Positions 28,676 through 39,837 of a stretch of DNA of 40,005 nt are shown here, piece by piece. Source of the DNA: an uncultured Actinomycetes bacterium (GTDB taxonomy: Bacteria; Actinomycetota; CALGFH01); contig CALGFH010000139.1 in the NCBI GenBank assembly GCA_937881255.1, positions 1-40,005 on the forward strand. The letters run 5' to 3'. Positions within the stretch are counted from its first letter, which is position 1, and each line of letters opens with the position of its first letter. A program made the translations under genes and the position numbers. The notes beneath the pieces are model-generated. The model ran no database searches, had not been told where the DNA came from, and was given only the letters and a program-made list of their open reading frames with translations.

Positions 28676-29490
28676 CGCCGCTTGCGCCTGGCCAGACGGC
28701 GGCCGGTGACGGCGGCCGCGGCGGTGGTGGCGGTGGCCGCCATCCCGGCGGGCAGCCAGACCAGCCACAGCCGGCGCCGGCGGCGGAAGTCCTGCACCGG
28801 CCAGCCCCGCTCGGCGGCCAGCTCGCGCAGGTGCCGGTCGGGGTTGACCGCCACCGGCCGGCCGACCCCCTCCAGCAGCGGCCGGTCGTTCACCGAGTCC
28901 GAGTAGGCGCTGCACCGGCGCAGGTCGAAGCCGTGGCTGTCGGCCAGCCGGATGACCGCGTCGAGCTTGGCCGGCCCGTGCAGCACCGGCCCGACCAGCC
29001 GGCCGGTGTAGGTGCCGTCGACCAGCTCGCCGACCGTGCCCAGCCCGCCGTCCATGCCCAGGTAGGCCGCGATCCCCTCGGCCAGCTCCTTGGGGGCCGC
29101 GGTGACCAGGTAGGTCTTGTCGCCGTCGGCGTGGTGGGCGTCGATCACCTTGCGCATCCCCGGGTAGATGCGGGGGCCGATCACCTCGACCACGATGTCG
29201 TGGCCGATCTGGGTCAGGTCGTCGCGCCGCTTGCCCTCGATGAAGGCCAGGGCCTGCTCGCGGGCCGCCTCCATCCCCTTCTTGCCCTCGGCCCCGGTCA
29301 GCCGGAACACCAGCTGCCCGAACGCGAACCCGGCGATGTCCCGCAGGTGGTAGAACCCGTGCCGGTACAGCCCCCTGGCGAACAGGTACATGCTCGACCC
29401 GGGCAGCAGCGTCTTGTCCACGTCGAAGAACGCCGCCCGGCCCGTCCCGACCCCGGTGCCGCTGCCCCCCGCCTCCCTGGTCAGGGTCAT
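28672..29490 (-). CDS. HAD-IB family hydrolase (SerB-like) with a C-terminal TM/poly-Arg tail
   Basis: FFDVDKTLL (DxDxT), [18 protein letters not shown]. Its start overlaps the uxs stop (ATGA). Confidence 0.8.
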   Translation of the reverse strand: MTLTREAGGSGTGVGTGRAAFFDVDKTLLPGSSMYLFARGLYRHGFYHLRDIAGFAFGQLVFRLTGAEGKKGMEAAREQALAFIEGKRRDDLTQIGHDIVVEVIGPRIYPGMRKVIDAHHADGDKTYLVTAAPKELAEGIAAYLGMDGGLGTVGELVDGTYTGRLVGPVLHGPAKLDAVIRLADSHGFDLRRCSAYSDSVNDRPLLEGVGRPVAVNPDRHLRELAAERGWPVQDFRRRRRLWLVWLPAGMAATATTAAAAVTGRRLARRKRR

Positions 29491-31820
29491 GTGCCGGAAG
29501 CCTCCAGCGCCCGCCGGAACCAGGGCACGGTCCGCTGGACCCCCTCCTCCAGCGAGATCTGCGGCTTCCAGCCCAGCTCCGCCACCGCCCTGGTGATGTC
29601 CGGCCGCCGCACCTCCGGGTCGTCCACCGGCCGCGGCCGCAGCTCGATCCTCGGCTCCGCCACCCCGGCCGCCCGGGCCACGGCCCGGGCCAGCTCGAGG
29701 ATCGTCACCTCCTCCGGGTTCCCCAGGTTGACCGGCCCCACCAGGTCGCTCCCCAGCAGCCGCCAGATCCCCTCGATCAGGTCGTCCACATAGCACAACG
29801 ACCGGGTCTGGCTCCCGTCCCCGTGCACGGTCAGCGGCTCCCCCCGCAACGCCTGCACGGCAAAGGTGCAGAAGGCGCGCCCGTCGTCGATCCGCATGGA
29901 CGGGCCGTAGGTGTTGTGGGCCATGACGCCGGTTCCGGCCCAGAAGTTCTCGAGGCCGGGAACCGAGAAGTCGTAGACGAGCGGCGTGGCCGCGACCTCC
30001 TCGATCACCTGGACCTGGGCCCATACCAGGTCGCCCGTCCGGCGAGCGTTCAGCCGCTGAGCAACGCCACGGTCCCAATCCAGGGGGCTCCATGGCTGGA
30101 CGTCGCAGAGGGTGAGGCGCCAGAACGGGTACCGACGGTCCCCGGTGCGCTGCCTGAAGGTCGATTCGTAGCGACCGACCGAGGGCAGCAGCCCGAAGCG
30201 GGCGAACGCCACGATGAGATCGTCCTTGAGCTCGGCGTGAACCGTGGAGAACTCGTGCCGCTTGGCGGCGTCGAACTTCTTGCCGGAGTGGACACCGTCG
30301 CCTTCACGGTAGCCCTCGATCACCCACTTCAGCCGCGAGAGCGGCAGCCCCAGCATCCAGCCGGGAAGCCGCTTTCGTCCGGCCTCGAAGCCGAGGTGGT
30401 CGAACAGCATCAGGAGCAGCCTGGAGTGCACGAAGATGGCGGGGCTGCGCGCGGCGGTCCCCTTCGCCTGCACGACATGGACTCCGAGGTCCCGCTCGAT
30501 GATCTTGGTGGCGCGACGCAGCGTCTCGTCGTCGCACGAGATGTGGATGAACGCGCTCTTGGGTGGGTCCTCGAACCGGCCGCCCTCGGCGATGAACAGC
30601 CCCAGGAGCCAGAGCAGCTCGTCCGTGACCTGGATCCGGGCCGGCAGCTCGGCTGATGGACCCGAGGTCCGCAGCCGCACCCGCGCATCCTCGGGGATCG
30701 GAATCCCGAGGGCCCGCATCGCTCCCAACGGGAGCTGGCCGCGTCGACGATGGGTGTGGACCTCTCCCCAGAGCATCCGGCGCTTGTGCGGGACGTCTCT
30801 GGGATCGTGGCGCATGATCGCCGCCAGGACCTCCTGGCGGCGCTCCCAGACCACCTGCTCGAGCCCGGGCGCCCGGACCATCAGCTTCCATGGGTCCAGG
30901 CCTGCGGCGTCCCAGACCTCGAGCATCGACACCTGCGGCCGGTCGCGCTCGGGAACCTCCACCTTCGTGGCGACCGCAACACGGTCTCCCACCCGGAGAT
31001 CGTCGACGGGGCGGGCCTCCGGCCGGCCATCCGGCCCTTCCACGAACAGGCTGTGATCACCGGTCACCTTGATGGAGCGGCCGTACGCGGTGTGGACCTC
31101 GTAGCACCGGGCCGACGTCGGGTGCCCGATCAGCGCCGAGGCCCCGGCCGCCCGCATCCGCGCGTCGTGGTCGAACGCCGGGACGCGGAAGCCGCTCGGC
31201 AACGGCCTGCCTCCCAACCGCTTCGCCAGTTCCTCCACCGGTTCGCGGCGGAGCTCCTGCCCGTCGTCGTAGAGCACCTGCTCGTCGGCGAGGATGGAGT
31301 TGAAGATGCGGACGATGCGGACCTGGACCCCGTGGGTGCGGTGGTAGGCCATGGCCAGGGCCTCGGCGAAGCGCTTGGCCTCGTCGTAGACGCCGCGGGG
31401 GCCGATGGGGTTGACGTGGCCCCAGTAGGACTCGGGCTGGGGGTGGACCTGGGGGTCGCCGTAGACCTCGCTGGTCGAGGCGAGCAGGAAGCGGGCCTGC
31501 TTCTCCTTGGCCAGGCCGAGGGCGTGGTGGGTGCCCAGGGCACCGACCTTGAGGGTCTGGATCGGGTACTTGAGGTAGTCGATCGGGCTGGCCGGCGAGG
31601 CGAAGTGGAGCACGGCGTCGAGCGGGCCGGGCACGTGGATGAAGTCGGTCACGTTGACGTTGAGCAGCTGGAACCGGTTCCCCACGAGGTCGTCGACGTT
31701 GCTGGCCCGGCCGGTGAGGAAGTTGTCCATGCAGACGACGTCCCAGCCCTCGCCCAGCAGCCGCCGGCACAGGTGGGACCCGAGGAAGCCGGCGCCGCCG
31801 GTGATCAGGGCCCTTGGCAC
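29487..31820 (-). CDS. uxs: UDP-glucuronate decarboxylase (UDP-xylose synthase), intein-containing precursor
   Basis: The exteins (174 + 141 aa) carry [25 protein letters not shown] (YxxxK), RIFN|TYGP and [18 protein letters not shown] start 1 nt after the ugd stop. Confidence 0.9.
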   Translation of the reverse strand: MPRALITGGAGFLGSHLCRRLLGEGWDVVCMDNFLTGRASNVDDLVGNRFQLLNVNVTDFIHVPGPLDAVLHFASPASPIDYLKYPIQTLKVGALGTHHALGLAKEKQARFLLASTSEVYGDPQVHPQPESYWGHVNPIGPRGVYDEAKRFAEALAMAYHRTHGVQVRIVRIFNSILADEQVLYDDGQELRREPVEELAKRLGGRPLPSGFRVPAFDHDARMRAAGASALIGHPTSARCYEVHTAYGRSIKVTGDHSLFVEGPDGRPEARPVDDLRVGDRVAVATKVEVPERDRPQVSMLEVWDAAGLDPWKLMVRAPGLEQVVWERRQEVLAAIMRHDPRDVPHKRRMLWGEVHTHRRRGQLPLGAMRALGIPIPEDARVRLRTSGPSAELPARIQVTDELLWLLGLFIAEGGRFEDPPKSAFIHISCDDETLRRATKIIERDLGVHVVQAKGTAARSPAIFVHSRLLLMLFDHLGFEAGRKRLPGWMLGLPLSRLKWVIEGYREGDGVHSGKKFDAAKRHEFSTVHAELKDDLIVAFARFGLLPSVGRYESTFRQRTGDRRYPFWRLTLCDVQPWSPLDWDRGVAQRLNARRTGDLVWAQVQVIEEVAATPLVYDFSVPGLENFWAGTGVMAHNTYGPSMRIDDGRAFCTFAVQALRGEPLTVHGDGSQTRSLCYVDDLIEGIWRLLGSDLVGPVNLGNPEEVTILELARAVARAAGVAEPRIELRPRPVDDPEVRRPDITRAVAELGWKPQISLEEGVQRTVPWFRRALEASGT
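29913..31298 (-). mobile_element. 462-aa intein with a LAGLIDADG homing-endonuclease domain
   Basis: Block [11 protein letters not shown] (Ser1), block [20 protein letters not shown] motifs [13 protein letters not shown] (30579-30620) and [12 protein letters not shown] (30294-30329). Block F/G is [22 protein letters not shown], followed by Thr+1. Confidence 0.85.
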
Positions 31821-31821
31821 C

Positions 31822-33159
31822 TCAGCGGCTCCCGTCGGCCGGGGCCCGGACCGGGCGGCCGACCCCGGCGACGGTGAAGCCGGCGGCCACGAACGCCTCG
31901 GCGTCGAGCGCGTTGCGGGCGTCGACCAGGATCGGGTAGGCCATGCGGGAGCGGAGGTCGGCCGGGTCGAGGTCGCTGAACTCGGCCCACTCGGTCATCA
32001 GGACCAGGGCGTGGGCGCCGTCGGCGACCTCGGCCGCCTTGTCGGCCAGCTCCAGGCCGGGTACCTGCCGGGCCGCCAGGTCGCCGGCCACCGGGTCGTA
32101 GGCGACCACCCGGGCGCCGTCGGCCAGCAGGTCGCGGGCCACGTCGATCGAGGGCGCCTCGCGCAGGTCGTCGGTGTTGGGCTTGAACGACAGGCCCAGC
32201 ATCCCGACCCGCTTGCCGTCCAGGTGCCAGAGGGCGTCGCGGACCTTGTCGACCACGGCCCGCCTGGCCTCGTGGTTGATCTTGGCCACCTCGTTGAGGA
32301 TGCCGAAGTCGACGCCCAGCTCGCGGGAGCGGTGGGCGAAGGCGGCCACGTCCTTGGGGAAGCAGCTGCCCCCGTAGCCGGCCCCGGCCTTGAGGAAGTG
32401 GACGCCGATGCGCGGGTCCAGGCCCATGCCCCGCGCGACCAGCTCGACGTCGGCCCCCGACCGCTCGCACACCCTGGCCACCGAGTTGATGAAGCTGATC
32501 TTGGTGGCCAGGAAGGCGTTGGAGGCGTGCTTGATGAGCTCGGCGGTGGCCCGGTCGGTGGCCAGGAAGGGCGCGCCCGAGCGCTCCAGGATTGGCTGGT
32601 ACAGCTCGCGCAGGGCGGCCAGGCCCCGCTCGGAGGCGGTGCCGACGACCACCCGGTCCGGGTCGAGGGTGTCGACCACGGCCGAGCCCTCGCGCAGGAA
32701 CTCGGGATTGGAGGCGACCTCCCAGTCGGCCCCCGGCCTGGCCTCGCGGGCGATGACCTGGGCGACCCGCTCGCCGGTCTGCACCGGCACGGTCGACTTC
32801 TCGCAGACCAGGCGGAACTCGCCCTCGGGCAGGGAGCGGGCCACCTCCCTGGCCACCGCCTCGACATAGGCCAGGTTGGGGCTGCCGTCGCCGCGGCTCG
32901 GGGTGCCGACGCAGATGAAGATCACGGTCCCGTGGCCGACGGCCTCGGCCTTGTCGCCGGCGATCCGGAGCCGGCCCGACCGGACCACCTCCCCCAGCAG
33001 CTCCTGGAGGCCCGGCTCGAAGAACCAGGAGCGGCCCTCACGGATGAGGTCCAGTTTGCTGGCGTCGTCATCGTCGACCACCACGTCGTGGCCGACGTGG
33101 GCGAGGCAGGCGGCGGTGACGAGGCCGACGTGGCCGGCGCCGATCACGGTGACGCGCAT
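31822..33159 (-). CDS. ugd: UDP-glucose 6-dehydrogenase
   Basis: [38 protein letters not shown] and [12 protein letters not shown]. Confidence 0.9.
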   Translation of the reverse strand: MRVTVIGAGHVGLVTAACLAHVGHDVVVDDDDASKLDLIREGRSWFFEPGLQELLGEVVRSGRLRIAGDKAEAVGHGTVIFICVGTPSRGDGSPNLAYVEAVAREVARSLPEGEFRLVCEKSTVPVQTGERVAQVIAREARPGADWEVASNPEFLREGSAVVDTLDPDRVVVGTASERGLAALRELYQPILERSGAPFLATDRATAELIKHASNAFLATKISFINSVARVCERSGADVELVARGMGLDPRIGVHFLKAGAGYGGSCFPKDVAAFAHRSRELGVDFGILNEVAKINHEARRAVVDKVRDALWHLDGKRVGMLGLSFKPNTDDLREAPSIDVARDLLADGARVVAYDPVAGDLAARQVPGLELADKAAEVADGAHALVLMTEWAEFSDLDPADLRSRMAYPILVDARNALDAEAFVAAGFTVAGVGRPVRAPADGSR

Positions 33160-33282
33160 GCTGGCAGGCTCCTGATTTCGGGTGACGGAAATAGCGCCGG
33201 ATGATTCTAGTGGATGCCGGCCCCTCACAACCGGAGCGACGTCCTTGTCCGGCTCGTCGCCCGGTGCGACACTGCGGCCGCG

Positions 33283-34602
33283 ATGCCGACGCGCCCCACC
33301 TTGCCACGCCGGTCCCTCCGGCTCCTCCTGGCCGCCCTGCTCCTGGCGGCCAGCATGGTCGCGGCCGAAGCCGTCCCAGCGACCGCGGGGTCGGGGGCCA
33401 CTGCGGGGTCCGAGGCCGCGGGACTCCGGGCTGCGGACAGCGGGACCCGCCCGTTCCCCGGGTCGGGGGCTGTGGACAACGGGACGCGGCCGTTTCCCGG
33501 GTCGGCTACGCTCCCCCTCCGGGGGGCCCGGTTCAGCGGGGTCGGGCTGCCGCGTGGGCCGGCTGCGCCACGGGCGGGTTCGGGTCCTGGGCGGGTGGTC
33601 AGGGCCAGGTACGCGATCCTGGTCGACCCGCAGACCGGGGCGGTGCTCTGGGGGCGGCGCAGCCGCACGCCCGTGCCGCCGGCCAGCCTGACCAAGATGC
33701 TGACCGCCCTGGCCGTGCGGGCCAGCCTCGACCTGGACGCGGTGACGGTGGCCTCCAAGACGGCGGCCGCCCAGCCGGCCCGGCGCCTGGCCATGAAGCG
33801 CGGGCAGAAGCTCACCGTCGGCCAGGCCCTCAAGGCCCTGATGATCGTGTCCGCCAACGACGTCGCCGTGATGCTGGCCGAGGCGGCCGGCGGGTCGGTG
33901 GCCCGCTTCGCCCGGGCCATGGACGCCGAGTCGGCGCGGCTCGGCCTCCGCGCCTCCTCCTGGCGCAACCCGCACGGCCTGGACGCCCGCGGCCACCGCT
34001 CGACCGCCTTCGACCTGGCCATCCTGGCCAGGGCCGTCCTCCAGGACCCGTGGCTGGCCCGGGTCGTGCGCAAGCGCCACGCGGCCTTCATCTCGCCCAG
34101 CGGCCGCCGCCACACCCTCACCGCCCGCTCCCGGTTCCTGCTCGGCTACCGGGGCGCCGTCGGGGTCAAGACCGGGTTCACCGACGACGCCGGCCACTGC
34201 CTGGCCGCCGCGGCCACCCGGGGCGGGCGGACCCTGATCGCGGTGGTGCTGCACAGCCCCGACAACGCGGCCGACGCCGGGAGGATGCTCGACTGGGGCT
34301 TCGGCCGCGGCCGCTCGGCCCAGACCGGCCTGCGGCTGCCGGGCCCCGTCCGGCCGTCCAGCTTGGCCGCGCTCCTCACCCGTCCGCCCCGGGCCGTCGA
34401 GCGCCACCACCCGGCCGCCTCCGAGGCGCTGGCCTCGGCCGGCCTGGCCCGGGTCGGGGCGACCCCGGCGGCCCGTCCGGCCGGGTCCCGGACTGCCTGG
34501 ACGTGGCGGGACCGCCAGCGTGTGGCCACCGGCGCCGGGGCGGTCGTCGCCCTCCTGGCCGCGCTCACGCTCGCTGTCCACAGATTCCGCCAGCGGGCTT
34601 GA
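33283..34602 (+). CDS. D-alanyl-D-alanine carboxypeptidase (S11 penicillin-binding protein)
   Basis: Signal peptide MPTRPTLPRRSLRLLLAALLLAASMVAAEA. Catalytic motifs SLTK (SxxK), SAN (SxN) and KTG. C-terminal TM anchor. The track ORF starts earlier, at 33214. Confidence 0.8.
   Translation: MPTRPTLPRRSLRLLLAALLLAASMVAAEAVPATAGSGATAGSEAAGLRAADSGTRPFPGSGAVDNGTRPFPGSATLPLRGARFSGVGLPRGPAAPRAGSGPGRVVRARYAILVDPQTGAVLWGRRSRTPVPPASLTKMLTALAVRASLDLDAVTVASKTAAAQPARRLAMKRGQKLTVGQALKALMIVSANDVAVMLAEAAGGSVARFARAMDAESARLGLRASSWRNPHGLDARGHRSTAFDLAILARAVLQDPWLARVVRKRHAAFISPSGRRHTLTARSRFLLGYRGAVGVKTGFTDDAGHCLAAAATRGGRTLIAVVLHSPDNAADAGRMLDWGFGRGRSAQTGLRLPGPVRPSSLAALLTRPPRAVERHHPAASEALASAGLARVGATPAARPAGSRTAWTWRDRQRVATGAGAVVALLAALTLAVHRFRQRA
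33431..33508 (+). repeat. two tandem 39-nt units inside the carboxypeptidase linker
   Basis: Units 33431-33469 and 33470-33508 are 31/39 identical. They encode DSGTRPFPGSGAV / DNGTRPFPGSATL. Confidence 0.75.
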
Positions 34603-34619
34603 CTCCGGCGCCCTCTTGA

Positions 34620-34635
34620 TCGAACATACGTTCGA
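34620..34635. promoter_or_regulatory. LexA (SOS) box, actinobacterial consensus
   Basis: TCGAACATACGTTCGA is a perfect TCGAAC-N4-GTTCGA. It lies 43 nt upstream of the ATG at 34678 and overlaps a TACGTT -10-like hexamer. Confidence 0.7.
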
Positions 34636-34677
34636 ACAGAGAGGGTCTCGGAACGCACAGAGGGGAGGAGCCGGCGG

Positions 34678-34947
34678 ATGCTGATGAGAACGACGATCGG
34701 CCCGGACGACGCGGCCACCGTTGGGGAGCTGCTGCGTGAGATCGGCCAGGGCCGGGGCACGCCCGAGGAGCTTCGCGACGCCGCCATCTACTGGTCGGCC
34801 GCGATCGACCCGGACATGGAGTGCGCCGACCTCCAGACGATCGCCTGGCTCCTCCGCGACGCCAGCTCCCACCGCCGGGTCCCCACCCCCAACCGCGACC
34901 GGGCCCGCTACTGGGCCGCCTACCTGGAGGGCCGCATGGCCAGCTGA
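34678..34947 (+). CDS. 89-aa hypothetical protein, putatively SOS-regulated
   Basis: ATG preceded by GGAGGAG at a 7-nt spacing. No family recognised. Confidence 0.55.
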   Translation: MLMRTTIGPDDAATVGELLREIGQGRGTPEELRDAAIYWSAAIDPDMECADLQTIAWLLRDASSHRRVPTPNRDRARYWAAYLEGRMAS

Positions 34948-35051
34948 CGCGGGGACCGGTCGACCGTCGGCCCGCGGCCCTACCGGCGTCGCCCACCGGC
35001 AGGCGACGCCACCCACCGCCGCCGACCGGTCCCCCACCAACCGATCAACGG

Positions 35052-35268
35052 GAAGCCCAGGCGACCGCGGTTCGCGCCCGCGACCACCCGGGCCCCGGCG
35101 ACGAGGGCAGGCACCCACGACCAGTGGGTTCGAGCCCACGACCAGTGGTATGCGCCCGCGAACAGCGGTACGAGCCCGCGAAGAGCCGGGTTCGACGGCG
35201 ACGAGCGGGCACGCGCCACCAACAGCCGGGATTCCCCGCGATCAGCCGGAAGCCCCGGCGCGCCAGGC
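35052..35268. repeat. degenerate tandem array, about 10-11 units of about 20 nt
   Basis: Example units: TTCGCGCCCGCGACCACCCGG, TTCGAGCCCACGACCAGTGG, TATGCGCCCGCGAACAGCGG, TACGAGCCCGCGAAGAGCCGGG, CACGCGCCACCAACAGCCGGG. The 14-mer CCCACGACCAGTGG occurs twice exactly (35114 and 35134). The period is not a multiple of 3. Confidence 0.6.
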
Positions 35269-35348
35269 ACCGACCGGTTCTCGTGTTCTCGAACCGGCGG
35301 CGCGCCGGGGCCCCGGCAACCCGCACCTGCTCGGCTCGGTGCCTTCCC

Positions 35349-38261
<2,913 letters not shown>

Positions 38262-38269
38262 TGTCCGAT

Positions 38270-38366
38270 CTCCTCCCTCCGCCGGCATTATCCGGTGCAG
38301 GTTCCAACGGTCGGCGGCCCCGTAGCCGCCCTCTCAGCCCGGTGGCCCGGGCTCCCGTGTGCTCCG
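38270..38366 (-). promoter_or_regulatory. TPP (THI-box) riboswitch in the thiO leader
   Basis: The minus strand reads ACGGGAGCCCGGGCCACCGGGCTGAGAGGGCGGCTACGGGGCCGCCGACCGTTGGAACCTGCACCGGATAATGCCGGCGGAGGGAGGAG. This shows the conserved CTGAGA, ACC..T.GAACCTG, GGATAATGCC and GCG.AGGGA elements. The SD lies at its 3' edge. Confidence 0.85.
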
Positions 38367-38413
38367 ACCAGCGTACTCTTCGTCCCGGTACCGCCACAGT
38401 GGGAGGAGCGACC

Positions 38414-39112
38414 GTGGACGCCGACGACACCCAGCGCCTGCGCGAGCTGCGCCAGGTCGTCTACCGGGAGTTCGTGGAGGAGGGCCGCCCGCCCACCGCC
38501 GCCGAGGCGGCCCGCCGTCTCCAGCTCGGGGTCGAGGAGGTCATGGCCGGCTGGGGACGGCTGCACGACGACCACGTGCTGGTCCTGGACGACGACCGGG
38601 TCGGGATCCGCATGGCCCATCCCTTCTCGGCCGCCCCAATGCACTTCGTGGTCGCCTCGGCCGAGCAGAAGTGGTGGGGCGGCTGCGCCTGGGACTCCTT
38701 CGGGATCATGGCCGCCCTCGGCCAGCAGGTCCTGGTGGCCACCACCTGCCTCGGCTGCGGGCGGCCGCTGGCCCTGCTGGCCGACCCCGGGGCGCCGCCG
38801 CCCGAGCCGTACGTGGCCCACTTCCTGGTCCCGGCGGCCCGCTGGTGGGACGACGTGGTCGCCACCTGCTCGACCATCCGCCTGGCCTGCGACCGGGAGT
38901 GTGTCGAGCGGTGGGCGGCGGCCGAGGGCGAGCGGGTCGGGGCGGTGCTGGACCTCACCACGATGTGGCGGCTGGGCAAGGTCTGGTACGGCGACCGGCT
39001 GCACGACGACCACCGCCGGCGCACCCCGGAGGAGGCGGCCGTCGTGTTCGCCGAGCTCGGGCTCACCGGCCCGTTCTGGGACCTGGGCGACCCGGGCCCG
39101 GCGGCCGGCTAG
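38414..39112 (+). CDS. alkylmercury-lyase (MerB)-family protein
   Basis: N-terminal wHTH-like LRQVVYREFVEEGRPPTAAEAARRL. The core WWGGCAWDSFG resembles the MerB Cys96-x-x-Asp99 motif (TWCALD as I recall it). A later Cys lies in ATCSTIRLACDRECVERW. GTG start with GGGAGGAG 5 nt upstream. Confidence 0.65.
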   Translation: MDADDTQRLRELRQVVYREFVEEGRPPTAAEAARRLQLGVEEVMAGWGRLHDDHVLVLDDDRVGIRMAHPFSAAPMHFVVASAEQKWWGGCAWDSFGIMAALGQQVLVATTCLGCGRPLALLADPGAPPPEPYVAHFLVPAARWWDDVVATCSTIRLACDRECVERWAAAEGERVGAVLDLTTMWRLGKVWYGDRLHDDHRRRTPEEAAVVFAELGLTGPFWDLGDPGPAAG

Positions 39113-39516
39113 CCCCCGGCGATCTCGTCGGAGGGGTCGAGGCCGGCGGCGTGCAGGGCGGCGCCGAGGTCGGGGTGGCGGGCGAAGGCGGCCACCCGGC
39201 CGTCGCGGACGACCAGCACCGACCCGACCTCGTGGCCCTCGACGACCTCGCCGGTGGCGGCCGCGCGCCACTCGGCCAGCTGGTCGACCACCACGGTGTC
39301 GTCCCTGACGAAGAAGCGCCTGGCCTCCAGGCGGAGGCCGACCTCGCCGGTCTGGCGGCCCATCCAGGCCCGCAGCAGCTCGGTGCCGCGGCCGACCCCG
39401 CGTGGCCCGGCGACCTCGACGTCGTCGTGGGCCAGGGACACCAGGCGCTCGACGTCGCGGGCGTTCATCGCCTCGTGCCAGGAGCGGGCGACGGCCAGGG
39501 CCGGGGCTTCGGACAT
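39109..39516 (-). CDS. SnoaL/NTF2-like fold protein
   Basis: 135 aa. ARSWHEAMNARDVERLVSLAHDDVEV... and ...VLVVRDGRVAAF follow the typical SnoaL_2 pattern. Confidence 0.6.
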   Translation of the reverse strand: MSEAPALAVARSWHEAMNARDVERLVSLAHDDVEVAGPRGVGRGTELLRAWMGRQTGEVGLRLEARRFFVRDDTVVVDQLAEWRAAATGEVVEGHEVGSVLVVRDGRVAAFARHPDLGAALHAAGLDPSDEIAGG

Positions 39517-39597
39517 GGGACGAGGGTAGCGAAGGTTGTGCCCGATGCTGTGGTGGTATCGGTGGTTCGTCCGGCAATCGGCCCCAGAGGAGGCGGC

Positions 39598-39822
39598 ATG
39601 GGCAGCGATCACACCCCGGCCGACGACATCGTCTACGACCTCGTCAGCATCCAGTACCACGCCCTCAAGTCCGGCTACACCTACGGCAAGTACCTGGAGG
39701 ACGCCGAGGGCCACGACGACGTGCTGGCGTTCATCCGCATGTGCCAGCAGGAGGACGCCCAGCGGGCCGTCACCTGCCACCAGCTGCTCGCCCAGCTGAC
39801 CAAGGACGGCGGTATCGGCTAG
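39598..39822 (+). CDS. 74-aa hypothetical protein
   Basis: ATG preceded by GAGGAGG. Followed by a strong hairpin. No family recognised. Confidence 0.5.
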   Translation: MGSDHTPADDIVYDLVSIQYHALKSGYTYGKYLEDAEGHDDVLAFIRMCQQEDAQRAVTCHQLLAQLTKDGGIG

Positions 39823-39837
39823 CGAGGTCCCGGCACG

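Noticed and set aside
31822-35139. N-terminal extensions of ugd (to 35139), thiE (to 36980), thiS (to 37869) and ispH (to 6812) in the ORF track.
   Set aside because: Conserved N-termini with SD sequences or stop/start overlaps define much shorter genes. The extensions run through neighbouring genes in the wrong frame.
35124-35148. tRNA-like T-arm GTGGG-TTCGAGC-CCCAC, suggesting a tRNA gene or an integrase att remnant.
   Set aside because: No complementary 5' acceptor strand (ACTGGTC), D-arm or anticodon arm lies in the 70 nt upstream. The segment is simply one unit of the 20-nt tandem array.
35052-35268. Possible CRISPR array.
   Set aside because: The units are contiguous, about 20 nt, and degenerate, with only about 6-nt variable linkers. 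There are no 28-37-nt repeats, no unique spacers and no cas genes.
38401-38408. CTCCTCCC on the minus strand as an anti-SD that could sequester the thiO SD (GGGAGGAG).
   Set aside because: It is simply the complement of the MerB-like gene's own SD. It also lies upstream of the most plausible thiO -10 (TACGCT, 38375-38370), so it is probably not in the thiO transcript.
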